In this document: piece after piece, positions 24,796 to 37,184 of the stretch
How the letters are laid out: each line of letters starts with the position of its first letter
Position numbering within the stretch: position 1 is the stretch's first letter
Source: Callorhinchus milii
Lineage: Eukaryota
DNA: 64,000 nt
Reading direction: 5' to 3'
Assembly (NCBI RefSeq): GCF_018977255.1
Contig: NW_024704742.1
Span: 12,030,001-12,094,000, forward strand
Notes under the pieces: model-generated
The model's input: only the letters and a program-made list of their open reading frames with translations
Databases searched by the model: none
What the model was told of the DNA's origin: nothing
Program-made: the position numbers and the translations under genes

Positions 24796-27700
24796 AATCA
24801 TAGAATCATACAATCATAGAATCATACAGCACAGAAGGAGGCCATTCAGCCCATCGCGTCTCCACTCTTTGAAAAGAACTATCCAATTCAATCCCTCCCC
24901 TGCTCTCTCCCCATAGCCCTGAAAACTTGTCCTCCCCAAATAATTATTTACTTCTCTCTTAAAAGTTGTTATCGAATCGGCTTCCACCACCCTTTCAGAC
25001 AATGCATTCCAGATCCAAACAACTCACTGTGTGGAAAAAATTCTCCTCACTTCACTTTTGTTTTTCTTTTAACAACTATTTTAAGTCGGTGCCCTCAGGT
25101 TATCGACCCACCCGCCAATGGAAATAGTTTCTCCTTGTTCACCCTATTGAATTCCCTCATAATTTTGAAAATTTCTATTAAGTCTCCTCTTAACTGTCTC
25201 TGCTCCAAGGAGAATAATTCTAGTTTCTCTAACATAACCTGATAACTGAAGTCCCTTGTTCCTAGTAAATTTCCTTTGACCTTCTCCAATACCTTGTCAT
25301 CCTTCGTAAAGCGTGGTGCACAGAACTGAAGTCTCGAGCTGAGGCCTAACCGGTAAAGGTTGATCTTAACCTCCTGACATTTGTATTCTATGCCCCTATT
25401 TATAAAGTCTAGTATCCCATATGCTTCAACAGCTTTATGTACCTGTCCTGTCAACTTCAAAGATTTACTTATATGACCCCCAGGTCTCTCTGTTCCTTCA
25501 CCGCCTTTAAGATTGTACCATCAGCTTATATCGTCTTTCCTCATTCTTCCTCCCAAAATGCATCACTTTGCATTTCTCCACATTAAACTTCATCTGCCAC
25601 ATGTCTGCCCATTTTACCAGTCTGTCTGTGTCCGTTTTCAGTCTGCTACTGTCCTCCGCACCGTTTACTGCTTTCCCTCGCTTAGTATCATCTGCAATCT
25701 TGGAAATTCTACTCCTTATACCCAAGTCCAGGTCATTTATATAGATCAAAAACAGCAGTGGTCCCAATACTGATCCCTGGGGGACACCACTGCACACTTC
25801 CTTCAAGTCAGAAAAACAACTATTCACTACCACTCTCTGCCTTCTGTCTCCCAGCCAGTTCTGTATCCATGCTACCACTATCCATTTAATACCGTGCACT
25901 TCTATTTTGCTTACAAATCTTTTATGTGGCATTTTATCAAACGCCTTTTGAAAATCCATATAAACCACATCAACTGCACTACCTTCATCCACCCTCTCCG
26001 TTACTTCATTAAAAAACTCTATCAGGTTTGTTAGACACTATTTACCTTCAACAAATCTGTGTTGGCTGTCCTTTATTAACCCATATTTTTCTAAGGAAAA
26101 ATTTATTTTGTCCTGGGTTATAGTCACTACTGATGTTAGGCTGACTGGCCTGTAGTTCCCCGGTTTATCCTTCTGCCCCTTTTTGTACGTGCAGAAATAA
26201 TTTTTTTGCAAGCATCCAGTCCTCTGGCACCACAGGAGGATTAAAAGATTGTGGCCAGATCCTCGGTTATTTCCACCATTACTTCCCTCAGTAACTTAGG
26301 ACGCATCCTGTCAGGGCCCGGTGACTTACCTGCCTTGAGCACCTTTCTGGTACCTCCTCTCAGTTTATTCTTATCTTAACCAATTTCTCTACCCTCTCCT
26401 CTGATACTGTGGTATTGGCTGCATTCCCTTCTTTTGTGAAGACAGATGCAAAGTATTCATTCAGTACGTCAGTTATGCCTCACAAGAAGGTTTCCTCTTT
26501 GGTCCCTAATTGGACCTACCCTACCTTTGACTAACCTTTTATTCTTTATATGCTTACAAAATACCTTAGGGTTCCCTTTTATGTTACCTGCTAATCTTTT
26601 CTCATACAATCTCTTTGCCCACCTTTTTTTTTCCTTTTTCAGTTCTCCTCTTCACAAAAGAAGTGGAAGCACCAAATGCCGCAGTATCGGAGGAGAGGGT
26701 AGAGGAAATGGATAGGATATTTATAAACAGAGGAATTACTGAAAAGGTTGACTGGGCTGAAGGTGGATAAGTCGCCCCGGTCCGCATGGGATGCAGCCAA
26801 GGTTACTATGGGAGACACGGGTACAAATAGTGGAGGCTTTGGCTACAATTTTTCAATTCATCCAACAACATCAACTTGGATTTATATTGCGCCCTCTACA
26901 CCGGACGGCATCTCAGAGCGCTTCACAGTAACGGATCCCAGGGCCAAGACAGGGGGAGGGGGAGGTTTGAAGGACCTGCATTTCCCCTTTGTGAGAATGT
27001 ATTTGTTCTGTCACTGAACTTTCTCCTGCTTGAAGGCTTTTTTTTCCAGTCCACCTTGGCTAGGTCCATTTTAACTCACTGAAATTAGCCGTCTTCCAGT
27101 TGAGTATCTTCACCTTTGATTGTTCCAGGTCCCTTTTCATAAGTACTCTAAACCTAATGATGTTGTGATCACTGTTGTCCAGATGCTCTCCTATTGAAAC
27201 CTGCTCCACTTGACCCACTTTATTTCCCAGAACTAGATCCAGCACTGCTTCCTTCCTCATTGGACTGGAAACATACTGATCCAGAAAGTTATCCTGCAGA
27301 CATTTAAGGAAACCTTCCCCCTCCTTGCCCTTTATGCTGTTATTTTGCCAGTCTACGTTAGGATAATTTAAGTCCCCCATTAACACTACCCTATTGGTTT
27401 TGCATCTTTCTGAAATCTGCTTGCAGATTTACTCATCTATCTCCTTCCCACTATTTGGTGGTCTATAGTATACACCTAACAGAGTAACAGCTCTTTTGCT
27501 GCTCCTTAACTCTAACCAAATAGATTCTGAGCTCTCTAGCACATTTTCCCTTTCCAGGACTGTAACCACCTCCTTTTTTTAATTCCTTATCCCTCCTGAA
27601 TAAATTGTAGCCAGGAATATTCAGCACCCATTCCTGCCCTTGTTTAAGCCAGGTCTCTTTTATTGCCTCTATATCTTAACCCCATGTGGCAACTTGAGCC

Positions 27701-29262
27701 TGCAGTTCACCAATCTTATTTCTCACTCTCCTTGCCTTTACACACATGCACTCCAAGACTGACTTAGTCTGTTCTGCATTTCTCCACTGTCTAATCCCTC
27801 CTTTTTCTAGATTATTCCTGATTACATTGCTATTTGTCTCTCCCAGCCCGCTATGTAACTTGTTTGTCCTCTCCAATGCTACATCCTGATTCCCTTCCCC
27901 CCTCAAAATTAGTTTAAACCCTTCCCCACACCACTATTTAAGCTCCCTGTGAGGACATTGGTCCCAGCCCTATTCAGGTGTAACCTATCCACCTTGTACA
28001 GGTCCCACCTGCCCCAGAACTGGTCCCAATGATCTGGGAACCTCCTTTCTGCGCCATTTCTCCAGCGATACATTCAGGTGTTTGATTCTGCTGTTTTGAT
28101 ACTCGCTTGCATGAGGCACTGTGCGTAATCCAGAGATCACCACCTTTGAGGTCCTACTCTAGCCTTTTTTCTAGCTACTGATACTCTCCCTGTAGGATGT
28201 CAGCGATTTTTTCCCTTATGTAATGGATCCCACCATGTACCATGACTTCTGGATGTTCCCCTTCCCTCTGTAGAACATTTTGCATCCATTCCATGATGTC
28301 TTCAACCCTGGCACCAGGGAGGCAACATACCATGCGAGAGTCACATTTTTGGTTGCAGAAACACTGTCTACTCCTCTCACCATTGTGTCTCCAACGAAAA
28401 TTGCATTGTCACTCTTCCCTGTGCCACCCTGTGCGTCCATCCTCTCCCCAGAGGTGTCATCACCCTGACCAGTATTCAGTACAGAGAACCGGTTTGTGAG
28501 TGCCACACTCTCAGGGGATTTCTGCACTACCAGTTTCCATGGTTGGAAGCAACCATGCCAGCTGGCCATTCACTCACTCATTCTTCTTCTGAACTCTCTG
28601 TGGCTGTGGGGTGACCACCTCCTGAAAAGTTCGATCCATGAACTCTTCAGCCTTCTATATGCTCTGTAGTGACACCAGCCTCTCCTCAAGCTCAGAAACT
28701 CTGAGCTGAAGCACGAGCAGCCGGAGGCACTTCCTATACACGTGTCTGTCCAGGGCACACAAAGCATCCTGGATGTCCCACATGGTACACGATGTGCAGC
28801 ATGCAACCAGTCTCAGCTGCCCTGCCATATTTCCAGACATGTTTTATATTACTTTAATATAAACATTATATATTTTATAATTAAGCACCTCTTTCCCCCT
28901 CTGCACCAAATTCCTTAACAGGATTCTCACTCAGTTCCCTTCCCACACTGCAGGGATCTCTGTTCATGAGAAGTTCTTATAAGTCTTCTCCTTTATATAG
29001 GACCCAAACAAAAACAACCAGTTTTGACTGGTCAGCAAATTTGTTTATCCCCCAACACCTGGCCTATGATTAAATGTGAATTGACTTGTTTGTCTGTTTA
29101 TATATAAAGTTGCCTCTAGCTCAAGAAAAATTTCCCACTCTTCTGTTGAAATTATAGAGTTCTCTTGCTCTCCAGTGTTTTCGTTAATTCCTTAACAGAA
29201 TTCTCACTCTGTTCCACCTCACTCAGTTCCCTCCTCATGCTGGTGGGCTCTCTACTCGAGTG
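24796..29262 (-). mobile_element. Near full-length decayed CR1 LINE (5' UTR, ORF1 Zn-finger/coiled coil and esterase-like part, ORF2 APE endonuclease and RT)
   Basis: ORF1 CCTSCTMW...LQLRVSELEERL and FVGDTMVRG; EN MGDLNYPNVDW...SDHN; RT YMDFQKAFD, SGVPQGSVLGP, IADD; (ATTCTATG)n tail. Confidence 0.95.
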
Positions 29263-30713
29263 AAATGAAAGGGTGAAATTTATCATGTTTAACAGATCCC
29301 ATATGATACTGCATGGAATTAGTTAGGAAGCAATGCAATTTTTGCCCAAATCTAAAGTTTGCATTTGGAATCTAACTGAAGCAGATAGCATTCCTGTTTA
29401 ATGAATGCTTTGTGACCAATACGCGTAGTAATTTTTAGAGTGGGGGAAAGATTTTTTGTGCATACCGCTGATTTCATTTCTACATACTGCACGCTCCAGT
29501 TGATAAATAACCCTGCTTGTCATCAATTTTAGTGAAAAGTGATTTATTAATTTGCAAGGATGATAGAATTAGGCCTTCCTATCTTTCAACTGTGCAGAAC
29601 AGCTTGCGAAACAGAATAAGGATAGTTGTGTTGAATCATTACAATGGTTGCCTCTTCAAGAGCTGTTCTGCCATATTATGATATGTCATCATTTACACTG
29701 AAGTCATTAATATGGATTGAAGCAAATCACCAGCGAATTTGGATTAAAGACTAATACTTCAGTTAAAGTGGAATGGAGATGAAGTTAATTCAGAGTGAAT
29801 TGGACTTGAAACATCTATCTTAGGGTAATAGCGGATTTAGAGCCAATTCATTTTGGATTTGGTGGTCACATAAATATTGTATTTTTCACAGGACCGTTTT
29901 GAATTAAGCACTGACAGATTCCTGCCTAAATTATTTTTATATGAATGGGTTTAAAATAAAACTACAATTAGGTCATATCTCTTATCAGAAGTAAACATGA
30001 CTCCAGTCTTTTCACTGTCTGTAAACATTAATCCTGTGACAGATTAGCAATAGTTAATTGGGAATTGACAGAATTTTAAGATTGCATTCCATTTAATTTC
30101 TATTAAAATTATTTTTATATCCATCCATAGAAACATTAATGGGACATTGCAGTCATCAGTCAAAGTAACAAATCAATCAAAGTTTGATTTTCCAATGACC
30201 AAGGATTTAAAACTAAAGGATTTTAAACTTGTATCTTTGTCTCCTGATCACACGATTAGTTATTCAAAATAAATAAAAATAATTTGGTCACTTCAATCCA
30301 GGACTGTTCGTGGGACATTGCTGTGTGCAATTGGCTGCCACGTTTTGCCCACAAAATATACACTTTGCCACATATGCTGTGAAGTGCTTTGAGACATGAT
30401 TGAATATGGAGCTACATCAAATGCAAGGATTATAAGTATAATAATTCCATAAACATCAGGAATTTTCCAGTACTTTGCTCAAGTGGCTATTTCTCTAAAA
30501 TGCAGGTTTCAAACTAAGTCTCAGGTAATTATTCAGCCATGGAGCACCACAACTAAGCCTGATCAAGCATTGATCTAATGTGTAGGCATATGCACTGAGC
30601 AGCTTGTTGACTGGATAGCAATCAAAAGTAGAGCCAGAGCTGATTTTCTCCTCCACAGCACAGTTACACTGAACCATCCTCACTGCACCATCCTCACTGC
30701 CACTCAATGATGA

Positions 30714-30924
30714 AACAAAAACAGAAGTTGCTGGGAACACTCAGCTGGTCAGGCAGCGTCTGTGGAGAAAGGAAAGTGAGTCAACATTTCAAGTCCATGC
30801 CTCTTTGTCAGAACAAGGTTCTGGTGAAAGGTCGTAGCCATAGATGCTTCCTGACCTGCTGAGTGTTCCCAGCAACTTCTGTTTTTGGTTCAGATTTCAG
30901 CATCTACAGTTTTTGCTTTTTGCT
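30714..30924. mobile_element. Palindromic non-autonomous element, probably Penelope-derived, 12-bp TSD
   Basis: Inverted arms 'aaaaacagaagttgctgggaacactcagc' / 'gctgagtgttcccagcaacttctgttttt'; ACTCAATGATGA at 30702-30713 and 30925-30936. Family call is from recollection. Confidence 0.75.
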
Positions 30925-30954
30925 ACTCAATGATGAGTTAATCTTACTTGGAAA

Positions 30955-31335
30955 TAATAATAATATCCTTGCATTTAATGTGACATATTATCACGTTGTC
31001 AACTTCTCACAGTGCTTCAGGATTTACTATAGAGTGTAATGAGTGTATTTTGTTGATGAATGTGCCAGCAAATTCATGCAGAGCAATATCATGCAAACTG
31101 CCCTGACCAGTTTTATCCAAGGATTATGATCAGGACACCAGGAAAACCTCACTTCCTTTTTTGGAGTGCCATGGGATCCACCTGAACAGGCAGTTCTCAG
31201 TTTAATGTTTCATCTGAAGAATGGTATCTTCCAAAATGCAACGATCCACAGGACTCCATCAGAATGTCAATCCAGATTATGAACCCAAAGTTCCAATTTT
31301 GGGCTTGAACCCCCAACCTTCTGACTCAATCAGAA
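30955..31335 (-). mobile_element. Deu-domain SINE
   Basis: 'gtgccatgggatc...tttaatgtttcatctgaaga' is the reverse complement of the Deu core. Confidence 0.75.
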
Positions 31336-31342
31336 GTGATAC

Positions 31343-31572
31343 TGAAGTTGCTGAGAACACTCAGCAGATTAGGCAGCATCTATGGAGAGAGGAAAGTGAG
31401 TTAGCATTTCATCAACAAGAGCAAATTACACTTGTTTAGCGCCTTTGACAACAGGAGGACCTTTCATCAGGACCTTTAATTCACTCTGTCATTAGATGCC
31501 TGACCTGCTGAGTATTCCCAGTGACTTCTGTTTTTATTTCAAATTTCCGGCATTTGAAGTGTTTGCCTGTTG
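31343..31572. mobile_element. Second, more decayed palindromic Penelope-type element
   Basis: Arms homologous to 30714-30924; TGATACT on both sides. Confidence 0.7.
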
Positions 31573-31792
31573 TCAAGAATGATACTAATTGAACCAGGCA
31601 GACACCTAATGAACATGAATTCAACCTGGCATCTTCTCAATTTCAAAATAGGGCACAAAAGACAAATGAATAATCAACTAAGGCACCAGGGCAACTTTTT
31701 TAAAGTAAAAATAATATTTGTGAATATTCATCAGTTACCATCCTCACACAAACAATATGGGACTGATCAGCCATTTGTGCTAAGCATAAGAT

Positions 31793-32087
31793 ATAATAAT
31801 AATAATCACCCATGCATTTAATATGGTGCTTTATCACGTCTTCAAGAGATCACAAAGAGCTTCATAGAATATACTTAAAGTGAATTGAATGTATATTTTG
31901 TGGGCAAACTTGGCAGCCAATTGCACAAAGCAGTGTCCCACAAACAGTTGTGTATTGAGTGACCAATTTTTTTTGAAGGAATAACCCCCGGAATAGCGAC
32001 TTGCCCAGCGTTTCGCCCTACCGGGAATCAAATCCAGGTCTATTGCTTATGAGGCGAATGTTCTAACCACTGAGCTACAGGACTCCA
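31793..32087 (-). mobile_element. tRNA-derived SINE
   Basis: Tail plus head 'ctaaccactgagctacaggactcca'. Confidence 0.9.
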
Positions 32088-32600
32088 CAATATGTGGCTT
32101 ATAGTCAAGCCAAGGTACCGTGATAGGGTGAGAAAGTTGACTGAAGAGAGAAAGATGTTTTATAGGCCAAGAGTTGCTTGGAAGAAGTTAAGTCAGTGCA
32201 AAAGACTTAAGTTTAGCAGGGAGTTACCCTAATGGGGAAGAAACTGAGGTAGAACCGTAGAAAGTTAGTGAAAGTAAACTTGAAACAGACAAAAGGAAAA
32301 TGATCTTTGCTCAAGAGAGGCATATGTTAGCAATATTGTTAGCACCAGTCTAGCAAAATATAACTGGATGGGATGATGGGATAAGCAATGTGGAGAAATG
32401 AGCTCTATTGGACTGAATAACATTTTCTTATCTCTGATGTTTGTTACATATAATGAGCCATGAAGAAGGGAATATGCTGCATGGGATGTAAGTGAAGAAA
32501 TTGTTAATAGTACCAGTCATGACCATGGAGGAAGAGGATTCTAATTGTTGGGAATAGTAAGGCCAGATTAAAAGCAGTGTCAGAGTGGCACTGTGCAATC

Positions 32601-32977
32601 AATAATAATAGTAATAATAATAATCCTAGCATTTGATATAGGGCTTCATCACAAGGTGTCCCAAAGCACTTTACAGAATATACTGTAAAGTGAATTGACT
32701 GTATATGTGTGGACGAAATGCGGCAACCAATTGCGCACAGCAGTGTCCCACAAACAGTCGTGGATTGAATTGACCAAAATATTATTATTATTTTTTTGAA
32801 GGAATTATTACCCCCGGAAAAGCAATCTGCCAATCAATCAATTAACAACTGGGTTCCTACTTATTGCTAGGTAAACACAGATGTGTGGAGTAAGGAAACT
32901 TGCCTAATGCTTCCCGAGAATTGAACCCCGGTTCACTCGCTTGTGAGGCGAGTGTTCTAACCATTAAGCTAAAGGAC
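32601..32977 (-). mobile_element. tRNA-derived SINE, longer subfamily
   Basis: Tail, 'ttattgctaggtaaacacag' block and head. Confidence 0.9.
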
Positions 32978-34324
32978 ATATCTCTGATATTTGCTACATA
33001 TAATGAGCCATAAAGAAGGGAAGAAGCTGCAAGGGATGTTAGTGAAGAAGTTGCTAATAGAACCAGGCATGACAGTCAAAGAAGAGTATTCTAATTGTTG
33101 GGAGTAGTACGGACGGATTAAAAGCAGTGTACCATAGTGGCACAGTGCATTATCACTGATATCAGGCTCTTACAGCCCTAAAGCAGTGATTTGTTCAAAT
33201 TTAAGTTGAAATGATCATGGCAGGAGCTATATTGATGTAGGTAATTATTTACCAAGTTGAATTCCTAGAGCTAGTATTCAGTCAATTCACTTTACAGTAA
33301 TATTACTCTATTCAGGTGTACAGTAATTACACTTTACACTTTACTGTGAAGACTTTGAGACATCTCAAATACATGATAAGGTGCTGTATCAAATGCAAGG
33401 ATTATTATTATGGTATTATGATGAGAATAATGCTTTGGAAAATGTTGGATATTTTTAAATATCAGATATTGCATACAAAGAGTTGGGCATCAAAGGCATT
33501 AGTATTGACTCAGTGAGAGATCCAATGAAAGATTTTATAATAATAATAATCCTTTTATTTGATATAGCACCTTATCACATCATCCAGACGTTTCAAACCA
33601 CTTTACAGAATATACTGTAAAGTGAATTGACTGCATTTTGGGTCGAAACTCAACAGCCAATTGCACACAGCTGTGTCCCACAAACAGTCGTGTTTTTACA
33701 ATCAAATGTTGAATTAATTATCCTATTTACGTTTTGATTGCAAACTGCATGAAACCTATTGGAAATGATCATATTTTTGTAAGATTAAATTATTAATATG
33801 TCGAGTTAAACCTGCATCAGTGTGCTTGGTTGGAATGAAAGTCCATTCATAATGAAAAACAGTGTTGTCTAAATTTAATTACTGTACACCTGAATAGAAT
33901 AATATTACTGTTAAATCCATATTATGAGCCACGTATAATGAAAATCTGAGCAATAATCTTACATTATTTAGTCCATATGCAGCAGTGTAATGTCTCATAC
34001 AGCTCAATAGAAGCCTGCAGTGCCCACAGCCACAAAGCAACAGGCCGAATTACAATAGAATTTGATGGACAATATTATATCTCAGCACTGAACTAGACCA
34101 GAAAAAGGAGACTGATTATGTTTTCTACCCCATGTTTTTCCTAAAGAGCACTGCAACTAAACCAATACTAAAAGAAAATAAGAAATTCTAACTATTGTTT
34201 AATGTATAAAATAATTCTCGATAATTACTTATACCATTTGCTATGTTGAGAAATGAGTTCCTCCTGGTATCCTGGCCAACAATCCTCCAAATAAAATTGC
34301 TCATTTGTTTCATAGCTGTTGTTC

Positions 34325-35560
34325 GTCCTGATTCCACCCCGCACCCTCTTAACCATCATCTCCCAGTTGAAGCCCACCAGCTGCTGCCTCGATCCCCTCC
34401 CCATCCAGTTGCTGGTCACCCAGCTCCCCTTCCACTCCCCGCTGCAGGCTGACACAGTCAACCAGTTGCTCTCCTCAGGTGCTGTTCCTCTCCCCCGTAA
34501 AATTGCTGTCATCACTTCCGCCTCAAAAAAAAACACCCTTGACCCCTCTAACCTCATAAATTACTGACCCATTTCCAATCTAACCTTCCTTACCAAAGCT
34601 TGTGGATGTGTTATCGCTAACCAGCTTTGCTCTCACCGCTCCCTCCACCCCCTCTTTGAGCCCATCCAGTCTGGTTTCGACCCTGCCCACAGCACAGAGA
34701 TGGCACTGGTCAAGGTCACAAACAATGTCTTCTCTATCTGTGACCAGAGCTCCCTCTGCCTCCTTGTCCTCCTAGATGTCTGTACTGCATTTAACACACT
34801 TGACCATGCCATCCTCTTCCACTGCCTCTCCTTCTTCATCCAGCTTAGTGGGACCGCACTAGCCTGGTTTGAGTCCTACCTAACAAATCACCTTCTCTTT
34901 ATCGCCTCAAACGGTTGCTCCTCCCGCACCCTCCCACCGATTACCTGTGGTGTACCCAAGGGCTCCATCCTTGGCCCCCTCTTCTTCCTCATCTATTTGC
35001 TCACTCTTGGCAATGTCATCTACAGACATGGGAGAAAAACTTCCACATCTATGTAGATGGCACATAAATCTACTTCTCCTCCTCCAGCTGCAATTCCAGA
35101 TGCACCAATGTTCTCTCAACTTGTCTAGTGGACATCAAGGCCTGGATGGGTGAAAATTTCCTGCAACTAAATGTTGACAAGACAGAAGCCATACTCATTG
35201 GCTCCTGTCAATGTCTTCTATCCTGTGGCTCTGAGCTCCTCAACGTCCTCAGCCTATCCCTCAGACTTACCGAACCGGTGCGCAACCTAGCGTCAAGTTA
35301 GACCCACAGCTATCCTTCCGTCCCCACATCCGGCCCCTAACCCGGAACCACCTTCCTCCACCTCCGCCACATTGTCCTCTTCTGAATGTACCTAAGTGTA
35401 CCCCAGATGCACCCAAAACACTTGTCCATGCATTCGTCACCTCCCAACTCAACTTTTCAAATGCCCCGTTTGCTGATCTCCCCAGCTCCACCATGCACAG
35501 GATCCAGCCGAATGGATCAATTTCAAGATCCTCACACTTGTTTTCAAATCCCTTCATGTC
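34325..35560 (+). mobile_element. L2 LINE RT fragment
   Basis: ALVKVTNN, LLDVCTAFNTLDH, CGVPKGSILGPL; parallels 61020-62300. Confidence 0.92.
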
Positions 35561-36354
35561 CTGGTAAGATGCTTGTGTGTGTAACATATATAATATATGT
35601 ATTAAAAGAATATTAAAGTTTGAGATATTCCTTTGGATTCAAACCACTGTGAATTAAGATATCTTCTGTATCCTTAGTTCATAATTACAGCAGATAATTG
35701 CAGAATTTGCCTTGAAATTATTTGATATAAATTGTGCAATTCTAAACTTACAAAGGAACTCTGGCCCTTGAGGCTTCAGAAAATGTCCTCTTGGCTTCTT
35801 GAAAGAATAATAAGCTCATGTCACATAATGATTCATAACACAATTGTTTTGTTCAAAAAAAATTTATCTGTAAACTGCAAACATCATTTGTGAAATAAGT
35901 TTTCGACAGTCTGAACCCATTTCCAAGTGGATTTGGCGCTAATTGGAAATCTCACTCAGAGGCGTTAAGGGATGGATAGCTTGTGCAGGGAATGGAAAAT
36001 GTCATGCTGGTTCAGTGGAAAGTACTCTTCAGATATTAAGACTGAGATTCGGCGTTGAAGTATAGAGGAAGAAACATTTTGCTGAAATTGAAAGAGGAAA
36101 GTTTAATTTTCTATCTTTTCTTTTCCCCTTGTGAGCAAATGCTGTTTGCTTAAAAAAAAATTGCAGATCCTTTTTATCTGATAATAAAAATAATAACCTT
36201 TGCATTTGGTGCCTTACCACATCATCAGAATGCGTCAATGTGCTGTATAAGATCTGTACTGTGAAATGCAGTTACTATGTTTGTCATACAATGCGGGCCA
36301 ATTTGCATTCAGCAAAGTTCCACAAACAGACATGAAGTGAATGACTAGGTTTAT

Positions 36355-36530
36355 CAAAAATGACATCCTCTCTCTCTGTAACCAGGACTTCTTCTGGCTC
36401 CTTGTCTTCTTGAACCTTTTATCTTCGACAGTCAACAATGCTGTTCTCCTCAACTGCCTCTCCTCCCTCATCCACCTCAGTGGGACCGCACTCTCCTGGT
36501 TTGAGTCCTGGCTTTTCACTACCATCGGGA
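36355..36530 (+). mobile_element. Short L2 RT fragment
   Basis: NDILSLCNQ...HLSGTALSWFES. Confidence 0.8.
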
Positions 36531-36749
36531 ACTGAATGTTTGGGTTGTTTCCCTTATTATAGTGTGCTTTTTTGCCTACTTGGTGGCACATTGCTTCCTG
36601 TCATTGTGGAAATGGTGGTGGACACCCTGTTGATGTGCTACTACCTTCCGTCACTTTCCCCCTCTCCCTGGCTTGGCATCGGGTTACACCACTGTTAAAC
36701 TCTCCGAGACACTACCCCAACATATAAATGCAAGTTGTTATTAGTTTCT

Positions 36750-36990
36750 GGCATGAGGACCAGGAGAAACCCCCCTCTCTTTTTAAATAGTGCCATGAGA
36801 TTTTTAACATCCACCTGAACAAGTAAACAAAATTTTGGTTAAACATTTCGTTCAAGGCATGGCACCTCCATCAATACAGCAAACCCCATAAACTGCATCG
36901 AAGTGTTAGCTGAGTCTACAGGATCAAAGTCCTGATGTGGGGTTTAAATCCACAACCTTATGATAAAGAGGTTAGAACGCTACTAACTAT
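36750..36990 (-). mobile_element. Deu-domain SINE
   Basis: 'aatagtgccatgagatttttaacatccacctgaac' is the reverse complement of the Deu core. Confidence 0.75.
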
Positions 36991-37184
36991 CACTCTAGCC
37001 TTTTTTTGGCACCTACTTCCTCCGTATAATTAGAGCTCTGACTTTGGCTCTTCCTGTTCAATTACAGATCTACTTCATCAAATCAAATAGCACCTGCTTC
37101 ATTATATCAGATATACGCTGTCTTTGGCAGAATACCCTTTGAGGGTTCCTTTGGTATCTGATTATGGGGTGTCATTATTGCATA

